Positions 24,019 through 35,746 are shown, counted from the first letter of the whole stretch. The stretch is DNA of 59,555 bases, filler included, from Globobulimina sp. (GCA_003354225.1; 10 parts of 10 records of this genome joined end to end with filler, not necessarily neighbours in it), one strand, 5' to 3'. A program made the numbers and translations. The notes: generated by a model from the letters alone, not told the origin.

Positions 24019-25095
24019 ATGGAGAGTGCAATCAAGTCCTTTTTTAAACGAATGTTCAATCAAATCACGTTGACGCCGTCTGTGTCGGTGATCGATGACA
24101 ATATCAATGAATATATCCCGTATTTCATCGCTATGAACGAAGCCATCGAGAGCTTGACGGATAAAAATATTGTGCCTTTCCAGATTGATATGTGGATCAT
24201 ACCCAAAAATGTGGAATGCTGCATCGCTGAGTTCAAAGACGAAGCAATGGACGACATTGACAGTGGAGGTGACAGCGGCGGCGATAGCGACAAAAAAGAC
24301 GATTTAGAGTCGGAATTTGAAGAAATTGGAGTGGATAAGATCGGTAATTTGGACTATCGGTTAAAGAAAAATAATTTTAAATACGAGATGTTTGAAATTG
24401 GAATCAAGCAAAAAGAGAAAATTAGAAGGAATTTTGTACAGAAACTTGAATCGTTTATTTCTGGCGAAAGGAACCAGCGAATTATCATTTATATCGATCG
24501 CAGGAATCCGCACTGTATCGTCGCAGAGAATAAATGCGCGCAATATGTGGCCAACAATTATGGTCAGAATGTGGCGGATGATTTCGATACATCGCAGACA
24601 TTGGCACAAAAAATGCGGATTCAACGAAGGAAGTTTGCCGCCGGCAAAAAAACGTGGGACGATAGGATTTATTTTGTGCAGAGCAATAAGAAAGAATTCC
24701 AGAAATTGCCCAGTTTGCATACACCGGAGACGTTGTTTTGGGCGTCGACGCAGTGTATGTTGCCGCATTTGGATGGCGAGAAGATCTCAGTCGAGGTCGG
24801 CTATGGCTGTCGCAACGACTTCAACGGTTATCAGTTTATGTTGTCGTGGCACGTCGAGTCGCAGGATTTGATCAAAAGTTACTGGTTTACGAGTTGTTGG
24901 GGAGCCAGGCTTTTCCCCTTTGACTGCTTTATGTTATGGCCGAGGTACTTCAAACAGCATAAACAACACAAGAAAGCGCAAGCCGTCCAGCAAGATTTTA
25001 TCAAGAAATTGAAATCTATGCCGCAATGTCATGACGCTGGCTTTTTGAATTGGTTTGAAACCACCACACAATCAAAATTATTATTATTCTCATAA
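24019..25095 (+). CDS. hypothetical protein (probably extends 5' off the contig)
   Basis: 358-aa ORF with coding-like GC content and no recognised domain. Confidence 0.6.
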   Translation: MESAIKSFFKRMFNQITLTPSVSVIDDNINEYIPYFIAMNEAIESLTDKNIVPFQIDMWIIPKNVECCIAEFKDEAMDDIDSGGDSGGDSDKKDDLESEFEEIGVDKIGNLDYRLKKNNFKYEMFEIGIKQKEKIRRNFVQKLESFISGERNQRIIIYIDRRNPHCIVAENKCAQYVANNYGQNVADDFDTSQTLAQKMRIQRRKFAAGKKTWDDRIYFVQSNKKEFQKLPSLHTPETLFWASTQCMLPHLDGEKISVEVGYGCRNDFNGYQFMLSWHVESQDLIKSYWFTSCWGARLFPFDCFMLWPRYFKQHKQHKKAQAVQQDFIKKLKSMPQCHDAGFLNWFETTTQSKLLLFS

Positions 25096-25371
25096 CCTGC
25101 ACATGTATCCATCTTTTTTTTGTATATTGCATGTTTAATGCGTTTGTTAGTTTGCGATTGGTTGTTACAACTTGCTTGTTTTACTTTGTATATTTTTAAC
25201 TAAAACATCACATTTACAATTGCTTCCATTCATATATCAACTCCGATGGTTCATAATCTTTAGTTATACTTTGTTGCTATTTATAGTTTTCTTTATTGTC
25301 TTACATTAACTCAACAATTCTGACTCAACTAAAATAATAACTTAATTGTTTGTTGCTACATTTTTAAGTGC

Positions 25372-26293
25372 AATGAACCAAGAACATCGTAATCAAACAA
25401 GTCGTAATCAAAGAAGAAGAAGACAGAATCATCAGCAACAACACTATAACAACATCAATTATTATCAAAACAATACTAATCATCAATATTACCAAACACA
25501 TGCACCACACAATTTGAATAATGACTATTATCATCAACCATATCAATATCATAATCATTACAACCATTACAATTCTCAAAATTATCAACATCAACAAGTC
25601 TACCAACAACCACATCAAACCACCAATAAATCAGTAGAAGAAGAGTCAAAAAATGATACAATTATTTCAAAGTTTGATACAAGTAAATTATTACAAGAAA
25701 AAGCAAACGAATTAAAGACAAAAATGGATTTAAAACATATTCTTTATTATCATACTGATCCAACAAACAACTTATTACAATTTAATAATGAGATAAAACC
25801 ATTGTGTGCTAAATCCGCAAATATTGAATCATTAATAGACATTAATTTAAATCAAATACCAATTCATTATCCAAATAATATTATCCATAGTTTATATCAA
25901 CAAAAGCCGGCAAAACGGTATTGGAATACGACAAGAATTGATCCATTTTGTCACGAAATAAAGAAAATAGAAAACGAAATAAAGAGTAACGATGATATAC
26001 AAATACAAACAAGAAAACGATTCATAACCTATCGACATAATTTGCGAGCAATATCAAATGTTGTTTTATTTAAATTAACCAAAATGCGCATTTTTGATAA
26101 GTGTGGTATTAATATTGGGGTTCACCGAAATGGAAACGATATTTTTCTTGAAAATATTACTGAATTTGATGAAAAAGCCAATGAATCGTTTTTTGCGATT
26201 AATTGTACCTATGGATATTTATTAGAACATACATTAGAATCATTAGCAAATAACGGCGAGATTGAGGCTATGAACTATAAGAAAAATTTCTAA
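25372..26293 (+). pseudogene. truncated RAI1/DXO-family nuclease-like gene with Q/N/H-rich N-terminus
   Basis: FITYRHNLRAI, GVHRNGNDIFLE and YGYLLEH resemble RAI1/DXO N-terminal motifs (FVTWRG / YxGYKFE). The ORF stops before the GEVD and ExK catalytic motifs. Confidence 0.5.
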
Positions 26294-29200
26294 TTATTTG
26301 CGTGCTCATACTATTTTGCATAATTTCATGATTATTCCTGTTTTCATTGATATCTGTTTTACATTCAAAGTAATCGGTTGGTACTATTCCTGTGTTAAAC
26401 GGATAATAGTCTTCAAACATTGTTTTGCCTCTTCTTGTTACCACACCTTTTTTATTAATGGGATGTTCATTCTCATAGATTGTAACAGCTCTATTTTGGT
26501 TTTGCATACAATTCCGGATTCTTGCCAATTCATTGTATTTTATTTGTTTTTTACTGTTGCTGTTATAATTAAATTGCATGAATTTGTCATTTTCTTTTTG
26601 TTTCATTTGCTTCCATTTAATATATTCATAGTTTTGGATTCGATTGTTGCTCAACATAAATATTAATATGGCAATGATGATATTTAATAATAGCATCAAC
26701 ATCACAAATTTACGTTTCTTTCTTTTATGAATTGCATATTTTGGATGATTACCATATGGATTTGCCGACCATGATCTTCTTTGTGCATTATTTAATTGCC
26801 TATTTCGAGATATTTCAATGTTGGGTTGGTTGGCATTGTTTGTTTGTTGTTGTTGATTTAAATTATTTTGCGACGTTTGTTGTTGATTATTATTCAAATT
26901 AAATCCAAAATTCATTGGGTTGGCAGCAATGAGATTTATTCTTTGGTGATGCATCATTTGTTGTTGTGTTTGTTGCTGCATTTGTTGAGTTTGTTGCTGT
27001 TGTTTATTTATTTTATATTGATTATCTCTCATTTGATTATTTAAAAATTGTTGCGATGGGATTCTTTGTCGTTGTTGATTTCTTGGCGGTTGCATTTGTT
27101 GTTGGTTTTGCGCGGATTGCATTTGTTGGTTCCTTGGCGGTTGCATTTGTTGTTGGTTTTGCGCGGATTGCATTTGTTGGTTCCTTGGCTGTTGCATTTG
27201 TTGTTGTTGCTGTTGGTATTGATATGGTGGCTGATATTGTTGATATTGTTGATATTGCTTTTGTTTATTAAGGCAATTCTTAGCCTCATGCCCTGTTTCA
27301 CCGCAACTATAACATTTTCTTTGTCCATAATTAACTTTTCTTCTTTGTTTATTTTCAAATTCTTCGATTTCAAATCTTTTCTCTAATTTCAGGTATTTCT
27401 CTTTCAATTCAAATAACATCTCAGTTGGATCGTAATTACTTTGTTTGTGTTGATTTTGTTGGTTTTGTTGCCTTTCTTGGTAGTTATTTTGTTGATTTTG
27501 TTGGTATTGTTGATTATTTGAATCGTCATATTCATTTTCATCATAATTCTCATTGGCGCCATAAATATCATTTTTTTGTTCGTTGGGTGAATCGTTGATT
27601 TTTTGTAAATAGTCATCCCGTCGTTGCTTCAATTCATGCGCCCTATTTTTCGCGCGATCAATTAATTTATTATATTCATCAATTTTTTTTCTTTCTTGTT
27701 CTAATATATCATAATCTTTTTGTAATTTATTTGCGTTGTGATTGTCAGGTATCTTATTTGGTGATGAATGCGTCTTTTTTACATTATGCGCGTAATCATC
27801 GTCACTGTTATCATCGTACGGTTGGTTGGGTACTGATATACTAATTTTTGTTTGTTGATTGTGTGTTTTTTGCATTTGTTCATTTTGACGGTGCATTTCT
27901 TCCATTTGCTTTAATTCAGCCATTTTCAATTCAATTGCGAGGTTTTTTGATAGCAATTCATTTCGAAATTGATCCATTTGTAGCTTCATATCATAATTAT
28001 TTCTCTTTAATTGTTCAATTTCTTTTTTAAATTTCAATTTTTCAAATCCATTTTCGCGCTCTTTTTCATCCAATTTCAATTGTTGCAGTTTATATTGATC
28101 AATTAGGGCTAATTTCTCTTTTTTCAGCACTTCTTTTTCATGTCGTTCTTGTTGCCATTGTGTTTTGTAATATATACTCATTTCATAATTTTCTTCACCG
28201 CCTTTATTTACTTCATCTATGAGTGTTTCATTGATGGTTTCATTTATTATTAATTTGCCATCGCGCTCTTCAAATTCTTTTAATTCGTTATTTTTATTTC
28301 TGAACCCATAATCGAATAATTTATTACCTTCATTCTTTTGGTATTTTGCGTGCTTACTTTTTGGGGCTTCAGCATCATACTCAATATTATATTCACTGCA
28401 AATTTTATTATAATCATCGATTGGTTGACCTGTCTGTAATATATTGATCAATTCCCTCATAATTAATTGTTTATCGATTCCTCTGCCTATTCTGCTTCTC
28501 ATTTCATCCAATAATTGGATATTTCGATTAATTTCATCAGATTGGTCTTTTGTTGGCTTCAATGCACAATTAAATGTTTCAAAATTATTTTTAATGTGTC
28601 CATTAAGCTCATATATACTAATACATAGAGGCAATATATTATTATGTACAGCTATTGCTAATCCAACATACATATCATTCACATTAATTAATTTCTGATT
28701 TATTGCTTGATTAATTTGTTCTGGTATTTTTACTATGCATGGTATGTTATATTTGGCGCAATTGCAGCTACCTTGCATGCTTTTTTTCTGTGTTTTATTT
28801 GTTTCTCTCATTATCATTTTCTTTTCAATAAATGCATTACAGCTGTGACCAAATGATACATTGCCACATACTGCTTGCGATCGAATTATTGGTCCACAAT
28901 TACCTGAATCAACGTGGAAATGGAGGCATGCCCACTTTGTTTCTGTCACTTCATTTGATCCATGATTATAATCTGTAATTTGCTTTCTAATGATTGGATT
29001 TAATACTTTAATTGATGGCGATTTATTTAATATTAATTGTATCTGTTTTTGGTCATAGTATGTTAGGAATTTTGGTGATTGATCATCGTTGTAAAAGGGA
29101 TATGCGAGTTTCATAACAATACGGTACATAGACCATGGATTTAATTGTTGTCTTATTTCCTGGTTTCTTTCTTGATTTAATTTCTCTAAATTAGATTGGG

Positions 29201-29684
29201 ATAATTTTGAGTTATTCTTATAACTAAAATTAAATTGGTCGGCGTTAATGGTATTGTTGTCATTTAACATTTTCATTGGATTCATCATATCGATTAATTC
29301 TTGGCTGAAAGTTACTGGTTTTTCATTAAATTTTGGGTGATATGGAATTAGTTCACGTAATGAATTATCTTTAATTGCGTTGATATTTTTGATGCATTTG
29401 TTAGGTCTTCGCGTATTAATTGCGATTATTTGACATATTATTAATTTTGATATATTATTATTAATTTTATAAATCTTTTTATTTATTTTCCATTCATGTA
29501 TTTTTAATACATTTTTTGTAAAATATACCAATGTTTTACGATTAACTTCGTGAAAATTTGGTTCAATGGAACCTTCGGGCGTAAATTTAATATTATCTCT
29601 GTTGCGAATAACCGCGCCAGATTTAATATTCTTTGTTTGTTTTTTATTTAGTTTCTTGTTATTATTGTCTGTAAATGATCTCAT
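26268..29684 (-). CDS. 1138-aa intronless Gag-like ORF (coiled coil, CCHC zinc knuckle, Q-rich repeats, hydrophobic helix)
   Basis: RKCYSCGETGHEAKNC is CX2CX4HX4C, preceded by a long coiled coil. No pol domain is visible. Confidence 0.55.
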   Translation of the reverse strand: MRSFTDNNNKKLNKKQTKNIKSGAVIRNRDNIKFTPEGSIEPNFHEVNRKTLVYFTKNVLKIHEWKINKKIYKINNNISKLIICQIIAINTRRPNKCIKNINAIKDNSLRELIPYHPKFNEKPVTFSQELIDMMNPMKMLNDNNTINADQFNFSYKNNSKLSQSNLEKLNQERNQEIRQQLNPWSMYRIVMKLAYPFYNDDQSPKFLTYYDQKQIQLILNKSPSIKVLNPIIRKQITDYNHGSNEVTETKWACLHFHVDSGNCGPIIRSQAVCGNVSFGHSCNAFIEKKMIMRETNKTQKKSMQGSCNCAKYNIPCIVKIPEQINQAINQKLINVNDMYVGLAIAVHNNILPLCISIYELNGHIKNNFETFNCALKPTKDQSDEINRNIQLLDEMRSRIGRGIDKQLIMRELINILQTGQPIDDYNKICSEYNIEYDAEAPKSKHAKYQKNEGNKLFDYGFRNKNNELKEFEERDGKLIINETINETLIDEVNKGGEENYEMSIYYKTQWQQERHEKEVLKKEKLALIDQYKLQQLKLDEKERENGFEKLKFKKEIEQLKRNNYDMKLQMDQFRNELLSKNLAIELKMAELKQMEEMHRQNEQMQKTHNQQTKISISVPNQPYDDNSDDDYAHNVKKTHSSPNKIPDNHNANKLQKDYDILEQERKKIDEYNKLIDRAKNRAHELKQRRDDYLQKINDSPNEQKNDIYGANENYDENEYDDSNNQQYQQNQQNNYQERQQNQQNQHKQSNYDPTEMLFELKEKYLKLEKRFEIEEFENKQRRKVNYGQRKCYSCGETGHEAKNCLNKQKQYQQYQQYQPPYQYQQQQQQMQQPRNQQMQSAQNQQQMQPPRNQQMQSAQNQQQMQPPRNQQRQRIPSQQFLNNQMRDNQYKINKQQQQTQQMQQQTQQQMMHHQRINLIAANPMNFGFNLNNNQQQTSQNNLNQQQQTNNANQPNIEISRNRQLNNAQRRSWSANPYGNHPKYAIHKRKKRKFVMLMLLLNIIIAILIFMLSNNRIQNYEYIKWKQMKQKENDKFMQFNYNSNSKKQIKYNELARIRNCMQNQNRAVTIYENEHPINKKGVVTRRGKTMFEDYYPFNTGIVPTDYFECKTDINENRNNHEIMQNSMSTQIIRNFSYSS
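27075..27205. repeat. 51-bp coding tandem repeat (~2.5 copies, QQQMQPPRNQQMQSAQN)
   Basis: CTTGGCGGTTGCATTTGTTGTTGGTTTTGCGCGGATTGCATTTGTTGGTTC repeated. Confidence 0.85.
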
Positions 29685-29884
29685 TGTCGCCGGATAGGTG
29701 TCTTTGTTACGACTAATCGGGTGCGATTTATAAAAAAACTCTGTGCTCGGCCACTTATTACGTTGAATATATTTTCCAATGGATNNNNNNNNNNNNNNNN
29801 NNNNNNNNNNNNNNNNNNNNNNNNNNNNTTAATTAATTAANNNNNNNNNNNNNNNNNNNNNNNNNNNNNNNNNNNNNNNNNNNN

Positions 29885-32800
29885 ATCACCACATTTGAGA
29901 TAAAATCAAAAAATGCTATTATCCATGGAATGGAACAAATTACCGACAGATATTTATAAAATACTATAAATTTAAATATTGTAATGCTTGTCATAAATGA
30001 TATGCCAATAAACACCGCCGTTGAGGTAATATAAATAACCGATTCGTCTGCGGCTGTTAACTTATCATAGTCCCAATTATCAGCAACGTCCCAAATCACT
30101 GCAGTTGTTAAAATTAATTGCAATGAAACGCAGAGTACACATAAAAACATTTTGATTTTTGACAAAAATGTGTCAGAAGAATCAAATATATTTGAACTGA
30201 AAATGTCCATTATATTTCTAACTTGTTTATATTTCACTACATACGGAATATTATCAATTAACTTCTCTTTTAATTGTTTATAACCGGCCATATCAAAGCA
30301 TATATTTCTGAATATATTAAATTCATCGTCTTGGTTATGTAAAACCATCTCTTTTAACCATACATATCTGGCAAAACGCACAAAATTTTTGGTGATGTCT
30401 TGAACCTTCTCACCGTTCTCAATTTTCATAAAATCCGCTTGTTTTTTAACAACATAGCATTTTTTATTTGCATCATCGCGAAGTAATATTACATTGCCAT
30501 CAAACGGGAAGATTTTATGCTGAGACATTGCATCACAGACTGCATCTTTGAACAATTCGTGCATATCATCGAATTGATCAAATGTGTTAAAATTCTCTTT
30601 ATAAATATTGCTGCCAGAATCAAACGATTTGAATTCTTTAAAATTGTTATAATAATATTCATATTCAACCGCAGTGAAATCATCATATTCCGTCATAGGA
30701 TCTTCCCATGGCGCTCCACCTCGCAATGTTTCAACCACAATCTTGAAAAATGGAAAATCTTTTAATCGATCGTGATGAATGGTACATTCTTCGACATTTG
30801 ACTCTGACAATTCATCTCTTTTCATCTCTGACAATTCATCTCTTGACTCTGACAATTCATTTGACTCTGGCAACGATTCACCAGCTCTTTTCGCCTCTTT
30901 TTTTTGTGGTATTAATGGTATTTGATATAGGAATTTCATACAACAATCTTGCATAAGTAACATATTACTGTACGAAGCGTCTAATGGGTCGAAAAACGTC
31001 TTTTGCGCATAAAGTAATGCCAATAAAAGAACAGTTATAACAATAAAATATACCGTATAAGCAATTTCCGAATCGATAAAATCAGAAATAAGGTCGGTTT
31101 TGAATGTAATGAAGGACATATTTGTGATCACAGACAATAAGGTAAATGAATGAAATACGTTGTTCCAAACGCCTATACCACGAATCTCTGCATATAATTG
31201 CCTTCGTGAATGCAAAATTAAATTCCATAAATCCACTCTAATTTCTATCGTGCAAACCAACAGCGAAAATACTGTGATTATTGGGCAAATTGCAATGAAT
31301 AATATCATAAAACCATAACAAATTACTATTTTATGCAACATATTGTCAGTAAATTTAAAGATAGCCGAATCGCATGACAGTTGGCGTCGGATATCATAAA
31401 TTAATTCATTTTCTTCTTCTGCCGGATTGTCATTAATTTTATAACGGGTATTCGCGCAGCATTTTGCTTTGATTTGTAAGAATTTCCATAAATTTCTACA
31501 GATACATATCGTAATAAATACACATATGATATGGCTTTGCAACATAAATAAATGATTTGTATGCTTCTCATAGTCCTCTTGGAAAAATGCTAAATAATAC
31601 AAGGAACAAAATGAATTTATAAAAAAAAAGAATATTTGATGGTAAACTGTTATATCATTGGTATGGACATATTGAGTCAATCTCAAATACGCAGAATTTA
31701 ATACAAATATTAAAATGCCAATTAATATGCCCGCAGCTGCCACCATAATAAATGATAGATCACTATTTTTATAAACACCTTCAACGATTAATATATTGAC
31801 AGCACTTGAAAATATACTACAAATAAAACATGTCAATGTTGGTAATGAAAAGCAATAAAAATCCCGCGCAGTATTTGGTTGTGGAGCGCACCATTTTGTT
31901 TCTTGACGTTGTGTGTTTTGTATAACGCCCCATTTAATCATACACTTCATTTCATGTCGAATCCAGACATGAATATGCCAGAACGTTACGGTTAAAACAG
32001 CAACAATCATAAATGCAGTCAGCCCTTTCAGCGCAACTTGGCCCTCAATTATCTGACATAAAAAGCAGACCATCCCCATGACCGACATCAACAGCAACAT
32101 TTTATGAGACGCTCTGCAAAACGCAAAATAAAATCCAACCGAAGCTCCATAATAATCCTTCAACTCAGAAACGCATTCATTGCGCATAAAACAAAAACAC
32201 TTCCACGGTTTATATATATCTGGACTGAACTGAGAAGCATTTACAACAAAAATATCCACTAACATGGATTTATAATCATTGCCTAAATCTAACTCATTGT
32301 TTAACGAAATATTTAACAATTTTTTAGTGGTGTTGGCGGAGAGAATATTGGTGCTGCTCCATTTATAAATTTGTGCTGGTAATGTGGAGGCATAGGGCAG
32401 ATAAACATGACTCCAATATTCAAGTGTAGCTTTTTCATATGTTTTAAATGTATTTCCTGACCTAACGCGAAAGAATTCATCTTCATCACCAGAAGGGAGA
32501 TATGTTCGATGTGCTGCCGTACAGCCACGCATTCGCCTTCCTTGCCTCACTAATACCTCAGCAACAGTTGGTACAAAAATATCATAATTGGCAATATAAT
32601 CTAATGCTTTTTGTGTATTCTCAATGGATAGAACTACGCAGAGATGTTGGGTGAAATCGAGTATCTGACATTTGATGTTGTTTTTCTTCAATTTTGCTAA
32701 TAAATCAATTGAATTTGAACCCAATAATTTATTTTCTGCAAATGTCAGTTCAATTGATTGCTTTTTTCTATTTACAATTATATTCAATTTGAAGCAGAGA

Positions 32801-33000
32801 TGAATTTTCAAAGTAGTATGGATGACAAACTTTAAAAAAACCAATACAAATTGGATGGTGTCTTCTGATCCGGCTGGCTCGTTTTCAGATAACTTGCGAT
32901 ATTTATCATCACTGTACATTTTAATTTCTTCTGGGTACAGTGGATCTGTCTCCAACCGCGTCTTTTCCTCACTCAATAGAGCTGTCTTATTGAGCTCCAT
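29885..33000 (-). CDS. divergent anoctamin/TMEM16 protein with a long C-terminal extension (3' end off-contig)
   Basis: LKDYYGASVGFYFAF, FFFINSFCSLYYLAFF, VICYGFMILF...P...EIRVD and GIGVWNNVF...LSVITN match anoctamin motifs. Confidence 0.85.
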
Positions 33001-33322
33001 TTGCGAAAGCTTACTCTTAAGATCTGAGTTTTCGAAAAATAGACGACTACCGAAAATAAATATTTAATGTACTTTTCGTGAATCCAACGCCTTTAATTGA
33101 TCGGACTTTTTGCACGAATAAAATGTTTCATAACACCACCCCTTTGGATAACCGCACCCATTCAATTATACATGTTATAATAATAGAGATCATAGATATT
33201 CATTAAGAATGAGTAGTATGAAATTAAAGACTCAACAAAATAAATTAACAATTGAGTTATTGTTTTTGATTGGATGCATTCAATAATTCAATTAGACATT
33301 TTTAGTGCAAGGAATGTTAAAA

Positions 33323-33730
33323 TTATTGGTATTTTATTTGGTTTGATTTTTTTGAATCACGGAAATTTTTCTGTACTGTAATTACAGCAAATAAACTCAG
33401 TACATATGTTACTAAATAAAACCCCTTTTCAGATAATAATAAATCAGCTCTGTATAATCCAACGATCATCATAAGAACTACAACAATACACGATAACCAA
33501 CACGTCATTTCATAAACATCTGAACATTCTATTCCATCTTCTTTGTCTCTCACAACTTTTTGAAGTGATATCATTGAAAATAATCCATAAAGCATTACAA
33601 TTAAATAAAATCCCTTTTCATTCAATGACATTTCTGCATTGTACAAACCAAACATCCAACACGACACTCCAATGACTAATGATATTATAGAAACGGCTGT
33701 AAACTGTTTGGTTGGTTTGTTACCTTCCAT
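33323..33730 (-). CDS. yiaA: YiaA-like inner-membrane protein (two YiaAB two-helix repeats)
   Basis: GLYNAEMSLNEKGFY...SLQKVVRD and GLYRADLLLSEKGFY...TVQKNFRD. Confidence 0.85.
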   Translation of the reverse strand: MEGNKPTKQFTAVSIISLVIGVSCWMFGLYNAEMSLNEKGFYLIVMLYGLFSMISLQKVVRDKEDGIECSDVYEMTCWLSCIVVVLMMIVGLYRADLLLSEKGFYLVTYVLSLFAVITVQKNFRDSKKSNQIKYQ

Positions 33731-33986
33731 CGAACCGATCGAAGCGCGTGTAATAAATAAACAAACTCAGCAAAGTTGTTTCAATGTTGTTCAACAAAAT
33801 ACTTAGTAACCTTGCTCTTTTTTTGTCGAAAACAGTATCTCCCAAAAATGATGACGTTATGATTGGTTTTTTTGGACGTTGAGTTTATGAGATGATGAAC
33901 CGAGTAAGCTAGTCATCAAGAATTCTGAACCTTAAATTAACTTTTCAAAAAGCGTTAGAGAACTAGTCGTCATTCAAACAGCAGTG

Positions 33987-34856
33987 TCAGTATTGAATTT
34001 GTATATCACTTTCAACGTTTATCTCGTTTTTCTCATTTTGACCGTTTCGAATAATCGACTGAACATATTTTAGAAGCATTGCGTAAAAAATGATTGCAAC
34101 CATTGTAACAACACTAAATATGGCCAAATGATACTTATTATCATCGATTCCTTTCCATAAAGTATCAGCTTTGGTTACATTAGTAAACAATGAAGAGATC
34201 TCGGCACCAAATAAACAAAATAAAATTGATCCAGGAATGAAGCCGATGCTGTTACCAATTAAATATTGTACAAACGTTATTTTATCACTTTGGAATGAAA
34301 ATAAATAATTTATTATTCCAGCATTAAAATATGGTAACCTCAATATTGCCAAAATTTTAATAGGATTCCATGTTTTAAATAATTTCCGTACAAAGGTCAT
34401 TTTCCGAAATCTGTTAATGCCGAATAGTTTCAATGCGCATTTAACGAACCCATTTTCTTCGTATCTCAACACCAAATATCGAATCCACAGTAAGTTTAAT
34501 GCGGCACCGATATTAATTGAAACATAGGAAACTAAAATTGCTGTGAGTTTGCTGTCAAACATAACACCTGATACCATAGTCGGAGCTGAGCCATTTGGTG
34601 ATACAGCTAACCAAATGCTAAAAAGTGCACTCATCACAACGGGAAGCCAGAAAGGTCCGACAGTTTCTGTCAATTTCTGACGAGTTATGTGCATTGCGTT
34701 TCCCACTTCTTTAGTGAACAAAATCATTATTATCAGAATGATGATGATTAATATTGTTTTTGTAATTCGTTTAACAATCAGTGAGGTGTTGCTTGAATTT
34801 CCAGATGTTGTTTGCTCACAGCAGTCGGTAATGGATATACCCAAACCCTCAGACAT
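33987..34856 (-). CDS. DedA/VTT (TVP38/TMEM64, SNARE-associated) membrane protein
   Basis: SGVMF...INIGAALNL..IRY, LAILRLPY...INYLFS, YLIGNSIGFIPG. Confidence 0.75.
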   Translation of the reverse strand: MSEGLGISITDCCEQTTSGNSSNTSLIVKRITKTILIIIILIIMILFTKEVGNAMHITRQKLTETVGPFWLPVVMSALFSIWLAVSPNGSAPTMVSGVMFDSKLTAILVSYVSINIGAALNLLWIRYLVLRYEENGFVKCALKLFGINRFRKMTFVRKLFKTWNPIKILAILRLPYFNAGIINYLFSFQSDKITFVQYLIGNSIGFIPGSILFCLFGAEISSLFTNVTKADTLWKGIDDNKYHLAIFSVVTMVAIIFYAMLLKYVQSIIRNGQNEKNEINVESDIQIQY

Positions 34857-34947
34857 GATTTCGTTTTTGAGTTTTCCGTTAACAACAATTAAATTAGAGT
34901 TTTCCGTTAGATCGCCGAATTGCAGCTGTGAACAGTAGCTGTGATAC

Positions 34948-35746
34948 TAGATATCCTGCGTTTATCTGACTCTGAACTAGTCAGATTTCACATGAGTTCA
35001 GCTGAGCTCACATTATTTCGAGTGTGGTGATTGAGCCTTAAGGAGTTTTGAGCGTAAATCTTTTTTCCCTTGATCGAGTCACTTTTTTTCCCTATCGAGT
35101 GCAACCATCGAGTCAGTCGGTATAAGTATGTATGCATTAGCGCAGGATTAGAATTATCATGGTAGCATGCACTGTTATTGCAACTTATTGCTATGGATAT
35201 ACATTATATTGCGATGCATTGGAATCATCATTCAGGGATGGATAAAATCCTATGAATATAATGAAAGAAACGGGGAAAGTGGATGATGAAAGAAAATTTA
35301 TATATTGCATATTAAAACGCAGCCTAGCTCAAGTAGAGCACTGGATAGATATATCCAGAAGATTCAGGTTCAAAGCCTGAAGCGCAGCAACAAACCTATT
35401 CAAATAAATGAACTGCTTAGAAATAAATTGAATTAATTGAAGAATTAAGAAATATATTGCTTGGAATTGAGAAAATGGATTGGATTCAAGCTGATGGAAT
35501 ACGCAATAAGTTGCAATAACAGTGCATGCTACCATGATAATTCTAATCCTGCGCTAATGCATAAATACTTATACCGACTGACTCGATGGTTGCACTCGAT
35601 AGGGAAAAAAAGTGACTCGATCAGGGAAAAAAGATTTACGCTCAAAACTCCTTAAGGCTCAATCACCGCACTCGAAATAATGTGAGCTCAGCTGAACTCA
35701 TGTGAAATCTGACTAGTTCAGAGTCAATATAAACGCCGGATATCTA
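34948..35746. mobile_element. foldback/MITE-like element with ~244-bp inverted repeats
   Basis: 34948-35191 is the near-perfect reverse complement of 35503-35746 (a few substitutions and indels), with a ~310-bp spacer. The right arm runs to the contig end. Confidence 0.85.
35318..35388 (+). ncRNA. tRNA-like sequence inside the foldback spacer
   Basis: TA GCTC-AAGTA-GAGC A CTGGA-TAGATATA-TCCAG AAGAT TCAGG-TTCAAAG-CCTGA. D, anticodon and T stems all pair, while the acceptor stem is degenerate and the anticodon loop is 8 nt. Confidence 0.6.

Noticed and set aside
29725-29760. TGGCCGAGC upstream of the Gag-like ORF as an LTR primer-binding site
   Set aside because: I cannot match it to a tRNA 3' end, and no LTR pair is visible.
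30800-30870. TGACAATTCAT repeats in the anoctamin tail
   Set aside because: An ordinary short coding tandem repeat (DELSE units).
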